A DNA stretch of 64,000 nucleotides from Chloroflexota bacterium (GTDB taxonomy: Bacteria > Chloroflexota > Dehalococcoidia > Lucifugimonadales > SAR202-VII-2). Shown one piece after another: positions 34,672 through 44,494 of this stretch. The translations under genes and the position numbers were made by a program. The stretch spans positions 25,094 to 89,093 of the forward strand of contig QEVV01000006.1 in the NCBI GenBank assembly GCA_003228115.1, read 5' to 3'. Numbering within the stretch: position 1 is the first letter of the stretch; each line of letters begins with the position of its first letter. Below the pieces are notes generated by a model. The model saw only the letters and a list, made by a program, of their open reading frames with translations. It ran no database searches and was not told where the DNA came from.

Positions 34672-35691
34672 TTAATCGATCTCGATCTCGAACCCAAGGT
34701 CTTTGATCATGGCCCAGGCTTCGTCGGTATTCTGGCCGGGCGTCGTTAGATAGCCATCCACAAAGAGGGAGTTGGCAGCATAGAGAGAGAGGGGCTGCAA
34801 CGACCTCAGGTTCACTTCCCGCCCACCGGCTACACGAATCTCCTGGCGGGGATTGAGCAGACGGGCAAGACAGAGAATCCGCAGGCAGTCCTGCGGCGAG
34901 AGCTCGTCCTTCCCTTCCAGCGGGGTTCCGTCGATTGCGTGAAGAAAGTTCACCGGTATGGATTGGGGCTCCAGCTTGCGGAGCTCGACCAGGACATCGA
35001 TTACGTCGTCCTGCGCTTCTCCCATCCCAAATATAGCGCCGCTACACAGCTCCAACCCGGCAGACCGGGCTGCCTGTAGTGTCTCCATGCGGTCTGCGTA
35101 GGTGTGGCTGCTGACGATTGATGGGGAAAAGTTCTCGCTGGTATTGAGGTTGTGGTTGAGTTGGTCTACGCCTGCTTCCTTGAACGCCCGCGCCTTTTCT
35201 TCGTCAATCAGCCCCACACACGCGCAGACTTTGATCCCTACCTCTTGGATAATCTCAGTAACGGCGTCGCATAGGTAGTTGACGTCGCGCCATGAAGCAG
35301 CTCGACCACTAGTGACAATACAGAAGCGCTTGGCCTGAGCGTCCTTGGCGGCCTGGGCACCCTCCAGCAGCTTCTGCTTGGCAACCAGGGGGTACTTTTC
35401 AATCATTGCTGTGGATACCGCAGACTGGGAGCAATAGCCACAGTCTTCGGGGCAAATGCCGCTCTTGGCGTTCATGAGAACGTGAATGTGAACCTTGTTA
35501 CCGCAGAACTCTCGCCGTACCGTGTACGTCGCAGCCAAGAGGTCCAGCATGGCCTCGTCGGGAGAGTTCAGGACCTCAAGGCACTGGGCCCTGCTAAGCT
35601 CCTCGCCCCGTATAGACATGCCTGCATATTCAGCGAACTTCGAGGCGTAGCTCTCACCGCGGGCAAGTTCCGTATCTATTATTTGCGTCAA
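34672..35691 (-). CDS. bioB: Biotin synthase (radical SAM)
   Basis: CPEDCGYCSQS radical-SAM cluster motif. The TTG start follows GGAGG with an 8-nt spacer. Confidence 0.95.
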   Translation of the reverse strand: MTQIIDTELARGESYASKFAEYAGMSIRGEELSRAQCLEVLNSPDEAMLDLLAATYTVRREFCGNKVHIHVLMNAKSGICPEDCGYCSQSAVSTAMIEKYPLVAKQKLLEGAQAAKDAQAKRFCIVTSGRAASWRDVNYLCDAVTEIIQEVGIKVCACVGLIDEEKARAFKEAGVDQLNHNLNTSENFSPSIVSSHTYADRMETLQAARSAGLELCSGAIFGMGEAQDDVIDVLVELRKLEPQSIPVNFLHAIDGTPLEGKDELSPQDCLRILCLARLLNPRQEIRVAGGREVNLRSLQPLSLYAANSLFVDGYLTTPGQNTDEAWAMIKDLGFEIEID

Positions 35692-36005
35692 GCGAGAAAC
35701 CTCCTACAAACGGTAAATGAACCAGCATCTCATGGGTTGCTGTTCTCAGGAAACTGAGGCCAGACAATTACTGGACGCTTTGCCCGTAATGCAAAGCCAA
35801 GCACAATCTGGGAAGTATTCTCAGGGCGGGGGTATCCCTTGTCAATCCTAGATACGCATAGCGGGAACTCAGCAGGAGAGCACTCAACGGGATGAACCTC
35901 ACAAAGTATGTGATATCTTACGGATAGACTGCCAGTAGTAACCCGGTGCCTATTCGACCACACCAGGCGCTGATGGATCGGTTGGCGCTTGCTGCGTGAA
36001 AACCC

Positions 36006-36869
36006 ATGACTGAGACAAATCTAACCGCGACTCTATTGGTTTCTTGCCCCGACCAGCGGGGTCTCGTTGCCACTGTTGCCGAATTCGTTTTCAGGAACGG
36101 CGGCAACATTATCCACGCTGACCAGCACACGGACACCGGCGAGCAAGTCTTTGTCCAACGCGTGGAGTGGGAAATGGCCGACTTCGGGATACCCAGGGAG
36201 AGTCTGCCAGCCGCTTTTCAACCCATTGCCGATTCGTACGGCATGAACTGGAGTCTTCACTTTTCGGATGAAATCCCCCGCATCGCCGTCCTAGTGTCCC
36301 GCGAGGGCCACTGCCTCTACGACCTCCTTGCCAGACGGCGCATGGGTGAACTCAGCGCAGATATTCCCATCGTCATCAGCAACCATCAAAATCTTGAAAA
36401 AGCCGCCACGGACTTCGGCGCCGAGTTCTTCCATTTGCCAGTTGATGCCGCGACCAAGCCCCACCAAGAGGCACGGATCCTCGAGAAGCTCCGCGAATGG
36501 CGCATCGACCTCGTGGTGCTAGCGCGGTACATGCAGATTCTGAGTCCAGAGTTCGTCCAGGGCTACCCGCACTCCATTATCAATATCCACCACTCGTTCC
36601 TACCGGCCTTTGCCGGCGCCCGCCCTTACCGGCAAGCCTATCAGCGCGGGGTCAAGCTCATAGGGGCTACCGCTCACTACGCCACTGCTGAGCTGGACGG
36701 CGGCCCAATCATCGCTCAGGACACGGTCAGGGTAAGCCATCGCGACACTGAGGCCACTATGGTCCACAAGGGACGGGACTTGGAAATGGTGACTCTGGCC
36801 AGGGCAGTTGAACTGCATCTGGAGCACCGCACAATCGTCTACGGCAATAAGACTGCAGTCTTTGACTAG
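36006..36869 (+). CDS. purU: Formyltetrahydrofolate deformylase
   Basis: N-terminal ACT-like LLVSCPDQRGLVA, then the formyltransferase motifs NIHHSFLPAF and GATAHY. Confidence 0.9.
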   Translation: MTETNLTATLLVSCPDQRGLVATVAEFVFRNGGNIIHADQHTDTGEQVFVQRVEWEMADFGIPRESLPAAFQPIADSYGMNWSLHFSDEIPRIAVLVSREGHCLYDLLARRRMGELSADIPIVISNHQNLEKAATDFGAEFFHLPVDAATKPHQEARILEKLREWRIDLVVLARYMQILSPEFVQGYPHSIINIHHSFLPAFAGARPYRQAYQRGVKLIGATAHYATAELDGGPIIAQDTVRVSHRDTEATMVHKGRDLEMVTLARAVELHLEHRTIVYGNKTAVFD

Positions 36870-36974
36870 CTGGGCCCTAGCAAGGCTTGAGAAAGCCCGC
36901 TGGTTTGGTAGCGACGCTCCGTTGATCGCCCATAGTGGCCCCAGCAGTACAAAGACCGAACTCACGGACCGAAC

Positions 36975-37178
36975 TCACGCTGATGCGGCAAGTGAGCGAA
37001 GTAGTCTGCTAGAAGCCAGAGCAATCTCCTCGACCGCCCCGTCGAAGGCCTCCTGATTCAGGCGAGACGGCTTTCTGTAACCGCTTACCTTGCGCACGAA
37101 CTGGAGCGCCGCTGCTCGTACATCCTCATCCGTCGCCACTTCTTCCAGGCCACGCAAGGTCTTGATGCTTCTACACAT
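36975..37178 (-). CDS. Small conserved protein, DUF2277-like
   Basis: MCRSIKTLRG...DEDVRAAALQFVRKVSG pattern. ATG 37178 follows GGAGGGG. Confidence 0.65.
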   Translation of the reverse strand: MCRSIKTLRGLEEVATDEDVRAAALQFVRKVSGYRKPSRLNQEAFDGAVEEIALASSRLLRSLAASA

Positions 37179-37236
37179 GTCCAACCCCTCCGGTTCATGA
37201 ATCACTGGTTGCAACCGATCTTGCTCAGCGGAAAGC

Positions 37237-38217
37237 CTAGCTATCCAGAATCCCCTCTGCGAAAAAGTCTTTGAAGGGCAGCTTGTGCGGGGTGATTCCT
37301 TGCTCCACCCCGAAGGTCTGTACTAGGTCTACCACGGCGGCGTTGGCCTTGACTCCGTATTTATAGGGGTCGTCTCCAAACACAGAACGTTGGTGCTCCA
37401 TCTGGGACCGGGAGAAGATGAGGACCGTTGGCGGTTCTTCTGCACTCCGCTCCATGACCAAGCGCTGGGCTTCGGTGAACGCCTCCAGGAGGCTCTCGGC
37501 GATCCAGGGGTGCTCCTGCAACAAACTGTGACGGACGATGGTGGCGTGGTGAGCAGGAAAGATGCCCGTGTTCGTGAAGTACCGCTCCGCCTCCGCTTGC
37601 CCATCCGGAAATAGGGGAGAGAACCGAGCACGGTCGGCCAGTGTGCCTTCCCTCACGGGGAAGATGCTGTAGATGGCGTCCAACGAACCGGCGGCAAGCA
37701 TGGCGTTGATATCGTTCGGCGGGGAGTTCACCACCAGTCCGTTTATTGGCGCAAGGGGCTCGCTTTGGCCGGGGATACTTGGAAAGGCCCGTCCCTGAAA
37801 CCACTCAACATCCTGCGGTGTCACGCCGAACTCGTGGTGCAAAACGCCACGGGCCCATACGGCCCCCGTCATGGTGTAGTCCACCACGCCAACCCGTTTG
37901 CCCTTGAGGTCTTCTGGGTGGCCGGGCCGAATTCCAGAGTCCAACCGGACCAGCGTATTGACGTAGGAGAATGTCCGATTGTGGAAGACAGGCAACACTC
38001 GGTAGTCCCATCCCAATGGAATGGCTTGGAGGGTGAAGGAAAACGACATCTCAGAGACGTCGTAGGTTTGCTCGCGTAGTTGTGTTTCCCAAAGCTTTCC
38101 GGTAGGTACCTGAACATACTCCAATGAGATGTCCCTTGGGGACACTTCGCCGGATATCAGTGGCTGTACTCGGTCCCATGGATTGGTCAGGGCGAAGGTA
38201 AGGGTAAGTTCAGCCAT
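37237..38217 (-). CDS. PhtD-like (4,5-dihydroxyphthalate decarboxylase family) / NMT1-type binding-protein fold, no signal peptide
   Basis: YDVSEMSFSF and LKGKRVGVVDYTMTGAVWARG patterns. No signal peptide, so the protein is predicted cytoplasmic. Confidence 0.65.
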   Translation of the reverse strand: MAELTLTFALTNPWDRVQPLISGEVSPRDISLEYVQVPTGKLWETQLREQTYDVSEMSFSFTLQAIPLGWDYRVLPVFHNRTFSYVNTLVRLDSGIRPGHPEDLKGKRVGVVDYTMTGAVWARGVLHHEFGVTPQDVEWFQGRAFPSIPGQSEPLAPINGLVVNSPPNDINAMLAAGSLDAIYSIFPVREGTLADRARFSPLFPDGQAEAERYFTNTGIFPAHHATIVRHSLLQEHPWIAESLLEAFTEAQRLVMERSAEEPPTVLIFSRSQMEHQRSVFGDDPYKYGVKANAAVVDLVQTFGVEQGITPHKLPFKDFFAEGILDS

Positions 38218-38447
38218 AGCTCCCTTGGAAGTCTTACTAGGGGATGTCGATCATGATGAAGGAGGCTGTCCCCGTGGTCAACACGGGTGAAGCTCTCCGT
38301 TGCTGGAGAGCTTCACCTCCTCCCCCCCTTCCCCCGAAGACCAGGACATTGACGAGCACCAAAGCTGGGCAATAAGCTCGTCACAACCCTGGGACTCATG
38401 CTTGGCAATGGTTGTCTGCTTAGGGAACCCCTTTTGGAGGTGGTGCA

Positions 38448-39560
38448 GTGCCGGAAAAGTCTCTCGCTGCCTTGAAGGTAGGCCCATCGACGATGGAGCT
38501 GCGGGAGGTGAACCTCCCTGACATCCCCGACGACGGCGCTCTGCTCAAAATGGAAGTCGCCGGAGTCTGTGGAACCGACACGACCCAGTACACCAAGCCC
38601 TTGCGGGGCGGCCCCATCATCATGGGCCATGAAAACGTCGGCTATCTGAGCAACGTAGGCAAGAGGTTCGCCGAGCGCAAGGGCTTCAAGGAAGGGGACC
38701 TAGTGTTCCTGGAGCACTACCTCCCTTGCGGCAAGTGCGAATGGGACCACATGGGCGAGTATCGTCACTGTCCGGCCACGGACTGGTTCTATGACCCGGA
38801 GGCTATCCGCTATGGCTATACCCCCATGGACATCGCTCCGGCCCTGTGGGGGGGCTTCAGCCACTATGTGTATTTGCCCCACAACGCCGTTCTCCACACC
38901 GTACCGGAAGGAATGACCCCCGAGATCGCAGGTGTGGCCACTCCGATGTCCAATGGCGTCCAGTGGAGCCTGATTGATGGGGGCGTAGGCTACGGCACGA
39001 CAGTGCTGATACAAGGCCCGGGCCAGCAGGGTCTCTGTTGCACCATGGCATGCAAACAGGCGGGAGCTGATCTCATCATTATCACCGGGACCGGAAAAGA
39101 CGCCCACCGTCTGGAAGTCGCCAAGGCTCTGGGTGCTGATGTAACTATTGACATAGAAGCTGAAGACGCCCTGACCCGCATCAACGAGATCACTGGCGGA
39201 AAGGGCGTAGACGTGGTGCTTGACTGCACGGTGGGGGCCGGGAATGGACCAGTTTTCTTGGGAATCGAGGCCGCCAAGCGCCGTGGAGCCACGATGGTGG
39301 TTCAAGCTGAGGGGGAGTACAAGTTTGCTGACTTTCCAATGGGCCGTATGACTAGAAAGGCCATTACCCTAAAAAGCGCTCGGGGCCATTCGTACCGTGC
39401 GGTGGAGATGGGATTGCAGTTGCTGGCCTCGGGCCGGTTCCCGCTGGACCTGATGACCACCCACTCCTTCGGGTTGTCGGAGGTCGATTACGCCATAATG
39501 TCCGTCGCTGGCAAGGGGGCGCCTGGCGCCATCCACGTCTCGGTGTATCCCTGGAAATAA
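38448..39560 (+). CDS. Zinc-dependent alcohol dehydrogenase (MDR)
   Basis: GHENVG, a structural-zinc Cys cluster region and GPGQQGL cofactor motif. The GTG start follows GGAGGTGG. Confidence 0.85.
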   Translation: MPEKSLAALKVGPSTMELREVNLPDIPDDGALLKMEVAGVCGTDTTQYTKPLRGGPIIMGHENVGYLSNVGKRFAERKGFKEGDLVFLEHYLPCGKCEWDHMGEYRHCPATDWFYDPEAIRYGYTPMDIAPALWGGFSHYVYLPHNAVLHTVPEGMTPEIAGVATPMSNGVQWSLIDGGVGYGTTVLIQGPGQQGLCCTMACKQAGADLIIITGTGKDAHRLEVAKALGADVTIDIEAEDALTRINEITGGKGVDVVLDCTVGAGNGPVFLGIEAAKRRGATMVVQAEGEYKFADFPMGRMTRKAITLKSARGHSYRAVEMGLQLLASGRFPLDLMTTHSFGLSEVDYAIMSVAGKGAPGAIHVSVYPWK

Positions 39561-39791
39561 TTGACACGACTGGGCGCTGACACACCTCAGCCACTGGGGA
39601 AGGTCATGACGCTCTTTCTTGTAGGCCAAACTCGTCAGCCAGGCGTGCAAGACGTTGCGTGGATAATCTACAATGACGACGTTGAATGGTCGTGCGGTCC
39701 TTCCGGCCCACAAGGGCTCCGAGAAAGGCGCACGCGTAAGAGAACGCTTGACCCCTTTCATGGGTACAACTGACGACAGAGGGAGGTCCGC

Positions 39792-41135
39792 ATGGTAGAG
39801 CAGTCGATGGTGCAAGACGTTCGCATGACCGCGGAGGAGAATGAAGCGCTCACCCGCGTGGGGCAGGGAACGCCCATGGGGACGCTGTTGCGCCGATACT
39901 GGCATCCGGTACTGCTGTCACGAGAACTTCCAGCGCCAGACTGCCCCCCAGTGCGCGTGCGGATCCTGGGCGAGGACCTCGTAGCCTTCCGCGACACCAG
40001 CGGGCGCTTGGGATTAATGCGCCAGTGGTGTGCCCACCGTCGGACATCTCTATGGCTCGGCCGGAATGAAGAGAACGGCCTTCGCTGTGTGTTCCACGGT
40101 TGGAAATATGACGTTACGGGTCAGTGCGTGGAAATGCCCAACGTACTTCCTGAGTATGATTTCAAACATCGAGTAAAGATCCCGGCACACGCGACCTACG
40201 AGATGGGGGGCGTGATCTGGGCCTATCTTGGGCCAAAGGATCAGCAGCCACCAGTGCCAAGCTTCGAGTGGACACGCCAACCGGAGAGCCACCTTCACGT
40301 ATCGAAGGGGATTCAGGAATCGAACTGGTTGCAAGGAGTGGAAGGAGGCATCGACTCCATCCATACCTCGTTCTTGCACCGCCTTCTTAGCGGGGACCGC
40401 GCTGGTTTGGGCGGCTTACGCGCCTCCGCTACAGCGACTTCCCTGGAAGTACGCCAGGCTCCTTATGGCTTCACCTACGCCTCCAAGCGACCTCTGGGCG
40501 AAGGAAAGGGCAACTACGTTCGCACGTACCACTACGTCATGCCCCACCATCAGATCCGGGCCATCCAAGGGAACACGAACGACGGCGGCGACTCGAAGTT
40601 TAAGATCGCGGGCCATGTGTGGGTTCCAATAGACGATGAAAACACCACCGTCTGGAATTGGTACTACAGCCTGGACGTCCCCTTGGGCGAAAGCGAGCGA
40701 GACGAGTCGTTCTGGGGTAACGGGCCTACCTATTACGATGAGGAGAACGGGTTCAAGGCTTATCTAAACAAGACCAACGACTGGGGCATTGACCGCCAGG
40801 TTCAGAAGACTGAAACGTTCTCTGGGATTGAGGGAGTCAACCAACAGGACAGGGCGGTCCAGGAAATCATGGGCCCCATTGTTGACCGCAGCAGGGAGCA
40901 TTTGAGCCACACTGACATGGCCGTGCTGGCGGCACGCCGACTCCTCTTGGAGGCCGCCAAGACCGTAGCAGATGGGGGCACGCCAGCGGGCGCCGACGAT
41001 TCCTACTATGACATCCGAGCCATTGAGCGGATCCTCCCAGAGGATGCAAACTGGTCCGAGGCGCTCAAAGACGAGATGTTCCCAACAGGCGGCCCGGACC
41101 TCTCCAAGGCGCAGGAACTCGGAAAGACGGTTTAG
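39792..41135 (+). CDS. Rieske (2Fe-2S) non-heme-iron oxygenase alpha subunit
   Basis: CAHRRTSL...CVFHGW and IDSIHTSFLH motifs. GGGAGG RBS. Confidence 0.9.
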   Translation: MVEQSMVQDVRMTAEENEALTRVGQGTPMGTLLRRYWHPVLLSRELPAPDCPPVRVRILGEDLVAFRDTSGRLGLMRQWCAHRRTSLWLGRNEENGLRCVFHGWKYDVTGQCVEMPNVLPEYDFKHRVKIPAHATYEMGGVIWAYLGPKDQQPPVPSFEWTRQPESHLHVSKGIQESNWLQGVEGGIDSIHTSFLHRLLSGDRAGLGGLRASATATSLEVRQAPYGFTYASKRPLGEGKGNYVRTYHYVMPHHQIRAIQGNTNDGGDSKFKIAGHVWVPIDDENTTVWNWYYSLDVPLGESERDESFWGNGPTYYDEENGFKAYLNKTNDWGIDRQVQKTETFSGIEGVNQQDRAVQEIMGPIVDRSREHLSHTDMAVLAARRLLLEAAKTVADGGTPAGADDSYYDIRAIERILPEDANWSEALKDEMFPTGGPDLSKAQELGKTV

Positions 41136-41190
41136 CCCAAAGACCCGATTTCAACAACACTGTCGTCCTGGAGGAGCCGGTACTCCGGCG

Positions 41191-41256
41191 GCGAATGACC
41201 TTGTTGGTAGGGCCAACGGCCTTCCGTTCTGCGCAAGCACGAACAAGGTCATTCGC
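41191..41256. repeat. 15-bp perfect inverted repeat enclosing a second hairpin
   Basis: GCGAATGACCTTGTT (41191-41205) pairs with AACAAGGTCATTCGC (41242-41256). An inner AACGG...CCGTT pair is also present. Confidence 0.6.
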
Positions 41257-41347
41257 TCCGCTCAGAACGACGAGATGAAGAATTGACAGCCGTCCTTGAT
41301 TGATGCCGCGGCGCAAGTGCCTGCGATCACATAACAACCGGAGGAGC

Positions 41348-42148
41348 ATGGCGGACAAGGTCACACTTCCAGCGCTTCAGCAAATGAAGCGCGATGGGCA
41401 AAAGATTGTTGGGGTGGTCGCCTATGACTACCAGATGGCGCTGATTGTTGACCGCGCTGGAGTGGACATTGTGTCGGTTGGCGATTCGGTTGGCCCCAAC
41501 CTGTGGGGCCAGTCCAGCGATCTTGAAGTAACTCTTGACCAGATGATATTGGCATGCGTTGCCGTCAGGCGCGGGGTCAAGCGAGCATTGGTCAGTTGCG
41601 ACTTTCCCTTCGGGCCGTTGCAAGAGGGCACTGAGGCGGCGGTGCGGGCCGCCATCCGCATCGTCAAAGAGGGCGGCGCGGACATGGTCAAGCTTGATGG
41701 CGCTGCGGACTTTCCCGAAGCCGTTCAGGCCATCACTCGCGCTGGCATCCCGGTCTGGGGGCAGTTCGGCATCACTCCACAAACAGCTCTGCAATACGGC
41801 GGCATGGGAAAGGCCGGACCGGAGATGGCCGCGGGGATGAAGGAGCGGCTCCTGCAGGAAGCAAAGGTCATGGAAGAAGCCGGAGCCTTGTTGCTGGATT
41901 TCACGAACTCAGGGCCAGTCGCCGGCCCATATGTCACGCAAGAAATCTCCATTCCGGTCATCGGCGGCCTGGGCGGTGGCCCTTGGCTGGACGGCCGCAT
42001 CAGAGCCACGTTTGCGGCCGTTGGCTATATGGCCAGCTCTATTGATAACGACGGTGACCGCTACGCCAACGTCGCTCGGATAGTTTTGGATGCCATCGGG
42101 ACCTACGCCGATGACGTCCGGAGCGGAAGGCAGATCCGAGGGCACTAG
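41348..42148 (+). CDS. panB: 3-methyl-2-oxobutanoate hydroxymethyltransferase-like (PanB family)
   Basis: VAYDY, VGDSVG, MVKLDG and IPVIGGLGGG patterns. ATG 41348 follows GGAGGAG. Confidence 0.75.
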   Translation: MADKVTLPALQQMKRDGQKIVGVVAYDYQMALIVDRAGVDIVSVGDSVGPNLWGQSSDLEVTLDQMILACVAVRRGVKRALVSCDFPFGPLQEGTEAAVRAAIRIVKEGGADMVKLDGAADFPEAVQAITRAGIPVWGQFGITPQTALQYGGMGKAGPEMAAGMKERLLQEAKVMEEAGALLLDFTNSGPVAGPYVTQEISIPVIGGLGGGPWLDGRIRATFAAVGYMASSIDNDGDRYANVARIVLDAIGTYADDVRSGRQIRGH

Positions 42149-42223
42149 CTCCTTCGTTCGGGACCCGCAGGTTTCTCCCCCCCAACGGGGTTCCTAGGCT
42201 CATCTGCAAACATTACCCAGGTC

Positions 42224-43102
42224 ATGGAGGTCCGAGTGGCCACCGCATTGATTGACGGGATCACCACCCACTATGAACTAATCGGCTCCGGCCCACCGTT
42301 GCTCATGTTCTCACCCGGCGGCTTCGATGCCACACTGGAGAAATGGAAGACGCTGGGTGTCTACGGAAGAACCAATCTCCTTGATCACCTGTCGCAGAGC
42401 TATACATGCATCACCTTTGATCGGCGCGAGGCGGGAGAGTCCGCGGGCCGGGTGGAACGGGTTTCCTGGGCTCACTACGTCGAGCAGGGCAGGGCGCTGC
42501 TGGAGCACCTCAATATTGAAAGGGCCCATATCATGGGCGGCTGCATGGGTTGCAGTCCGGTGTTGGCCTTTGGAGTTGCTCACCCTGAAGCAACACGGAG
42601 CCTTGTGTTGTATTGGCCGGTTGGCGGCGCGAAGTACCGGGTCAACGGCAACCTTCGCTTTGCTGAACACTTGGCCTATGTGCATCGAGAAGGCCTGGAA
42701 GGCGTGGTTGCACTGGTGAAAGCCGAGGGCAAGACATTTGGGTCTGACGCACGCGTTGGACCCTGGGGTTCTGTCATAGGAAGGGACCCGGCCTTCGCCA
42801 AGACGTATGCCGCACAGGACGCGGACAGGTACAAGTTGCTAGTGACCGCGATGGGCCGCGACTTGATGGACAGAGACACTGCCCCAGGCGCTGAGCCCGA
42901 AGACCTCCTTCGGCTCGACCTGCCCGCACTCGTCGTGCCAGGCCATGACGACAACCATGCTACCTCCGCGGCCCGTTATTTAGAAGAGTGCCTGCCCGGT
43001 TCTGAGTACTGGGACGCCACCGTGGCCGAACAAACAGGGGAGACAGCGCCAGCCAAGGTGCTCGAGTTCTTAGACAGGGTGACGGCGACCACGAAAGCCT
43101 AG
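42224..43102 (+). CDS. Alpha/beta hydrolase
   Basis: MFSPGG and a GGCMG nucleophile elbow (Cys in place of Ser). An alternative GTG start at 42236 follows GGAGG. Confidence 0.75.
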   Translation: MEVRVATALIDGITTHYELIGSGPPLLMFSPGGFDATLEKWKTLGVYGRTNLLDHLSQSYTCITFDRREAGESAGRVERVSWAHYVEQGRALLEHLNIERAHIMGGCMGCSPVLAFGVAHPEATRSLVLYWPVGGAKYRVNGNLRFAEHLAYVHREGLEGVVALVKAEGKTFGSDARVGPWGSVIGRDPAFAKTYAAQDADRYKLLVTAMGRDLMDRDTAPGAEPEDLLRLDLPALVVPGHDDNHATSAARYLEECLPGSEYWDATVAEQTGETAPAKVLEFLDRVTATTKA

Positions 43103-43181
43103 AGAGCATCTCTGGGAAGGGACCCAAGCGGAGGTTTATTCAGGAAGCACGGCCCTAGCCTCAAATGCTGTTGAATGACGC

Positions 43182-43213
43182 GCGTAGGGGCGTTCAATTG
43201 AACGCCCCTACGC
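43182..43213. terminator. Perfect 32-nt palindrome between convergent genes
   Basis: GCGTAGGGGCGTTCAA|TTGAACGCCCCTACGC. Confidence 0.7.
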
Positions 43214-43284
43214 TGATCCTGCAACGAGAATCGCCGCCCATCACGATGGCCCGTCAAGGGACCACGTTCAACCTTCACTCTTTG

Positions 43285-44229
43285 TTACGCGCTCAGTCTG
43301 TGGGTTCCCGCGGCGAACAGTTCTTCAACACTGAAGGGCTTAGTAAGGATTCCCTGTTCCATGCAGTACTGAAGGATCGCCTCAAGCACCACCCGATTCG
43401 ACTCAACACCGTAGGGCAGGGGGTCGCCGCTGATCTCCATCACGCGCTCGTTTATCTTGTCCTGTTCGGACGGCTCTTCGATCTGACCGGCCTTGAGGCG
43501 TTGGACGTAGAGGTCCTTCGCAGCCGCGAACGTGTTGAAGATGTCCACTGCGAGTTCCGGGTGAGCCTCAAGAACCTCGTTCTTGACTACCAGGGTGTGG
43601 TTGATCGGGTAGAGCCCGCGTTGTCGAACGGCTTCAAGGCCCGCTTCTAAGGCGTTGGGAATGAGAGGTGTTACGTTGGGAGCATCTAACTGGACTCCGG
43701 TGGCGGCAGGAATCTCCCCCGATACCAGCATTTCGTCCAGCTTCTTGCCTTCTTCGATTGGCACCACATTGGCAGGGGCTTTGTACTCAGCAACATGCTC
43801 GTCTCCGGAGAGGACCCAAGTAATGCTTTTCAGATCCACGTCATGTTCATGCTGGAGGATGCTTCTGGCCCAAAGTCCTGCCGTCACTGTGTAACCTCGG
43901 TTTATCCCGACTCGCTTGCCTTCTAGATCTTTGGGCGTTCGGATGCCAACGTCAGTGTTGTGAAGGATGCCTCCGTGGTGAAACTGTCTCATCAAGAAAA
44001 CGGGGATGGCAGTAATCGGCTTGTCGTGAGCGCGGGCGCAAATGTAGGTGGTTATGGCCATCTCGGTAATGTCGAATTCCAGCCCACGCACCATTCGCCG
44101 AAAAGCCTGAATAATGGCGGGAACTTCCTCGTATTCGAATTCGAATGTCCGGGGGCTGAGGGTTCCATCCTTCAGGGCTTCCGTATGTCCCCTGGTCACG
44201 AGCGCTGTCTTGAGCTTGAGGTCAGCCAT
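43285..44229 (-). CDS. PhtD-like decarboxylase-family / NMT1-type binding-fold protein, second paralog
   Basis: EFDITEMAITTY and LEGKRVGINRGYTVTAGLWARS patterns. No signal peptide. Confidence 0.65.
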   Translation of the reverse strand: MADLKLKTALVTRGHTEALKDGTLSPRTFEFEYEEVPAIIQAFRRMVRGLEFDITEMAITTYICARAHDKPITAIPVFLMRQFHHGGILHNTDVGIRTPKDLEGKRVGINRGYTVTAGLWARSILQHEHDVDLKSITWVLSGDEHVAEYKAPANVVPIEEGKKLDEMLVSGEIPAATGVQLDAPNVTPLIPNALEAGLEAVRQRGLYPINHTLVVKNEVLEAHPELAVDIFNTFAAAKDLYVQRLKAGQIEEPSEQDKINERVMEISGDPLPYGVESNRVVLEAILQYCMEQGILTKPFSVEELFAAGTHRLSA

Positions 44230-44494
44230 AGATTCTTCTCTCCAAAATAATGTAGTGCAGCCTTTGGGCCATGAACGTAGTTTACGTCAAAGGCGCCCAA
44301 GAGTTCCCCAACGGCGCTTAGATATCTCGGCCCGCCAGGCTTGTCACCTGCCCTCGACCGAAGTACCGTTGCCTCACCCCCGGTCTCACGCACCCGGCAG
44401 CCATGGGCATCGTGATAAGCCACCGTCAGGAAATAATATTGAGCTTTCCTATCAGCCATAGGTCTGATTCGGCACCGAGCCGAGGTTCAGACCT

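Noticed and set aside
35692-36005. Possible BirA-type operator upstream of bioB, or a ZTP/folate-type riboswitch upstream of purU
   Set aside because: Only short hairpins are present (CTTTGC...GCAAAG and CTCAG...CTGAG). I saw no match to the conserved ZTP cores (GGGTCGTGACTGGCG or CCGCCTGGGC) and no long palindrome.
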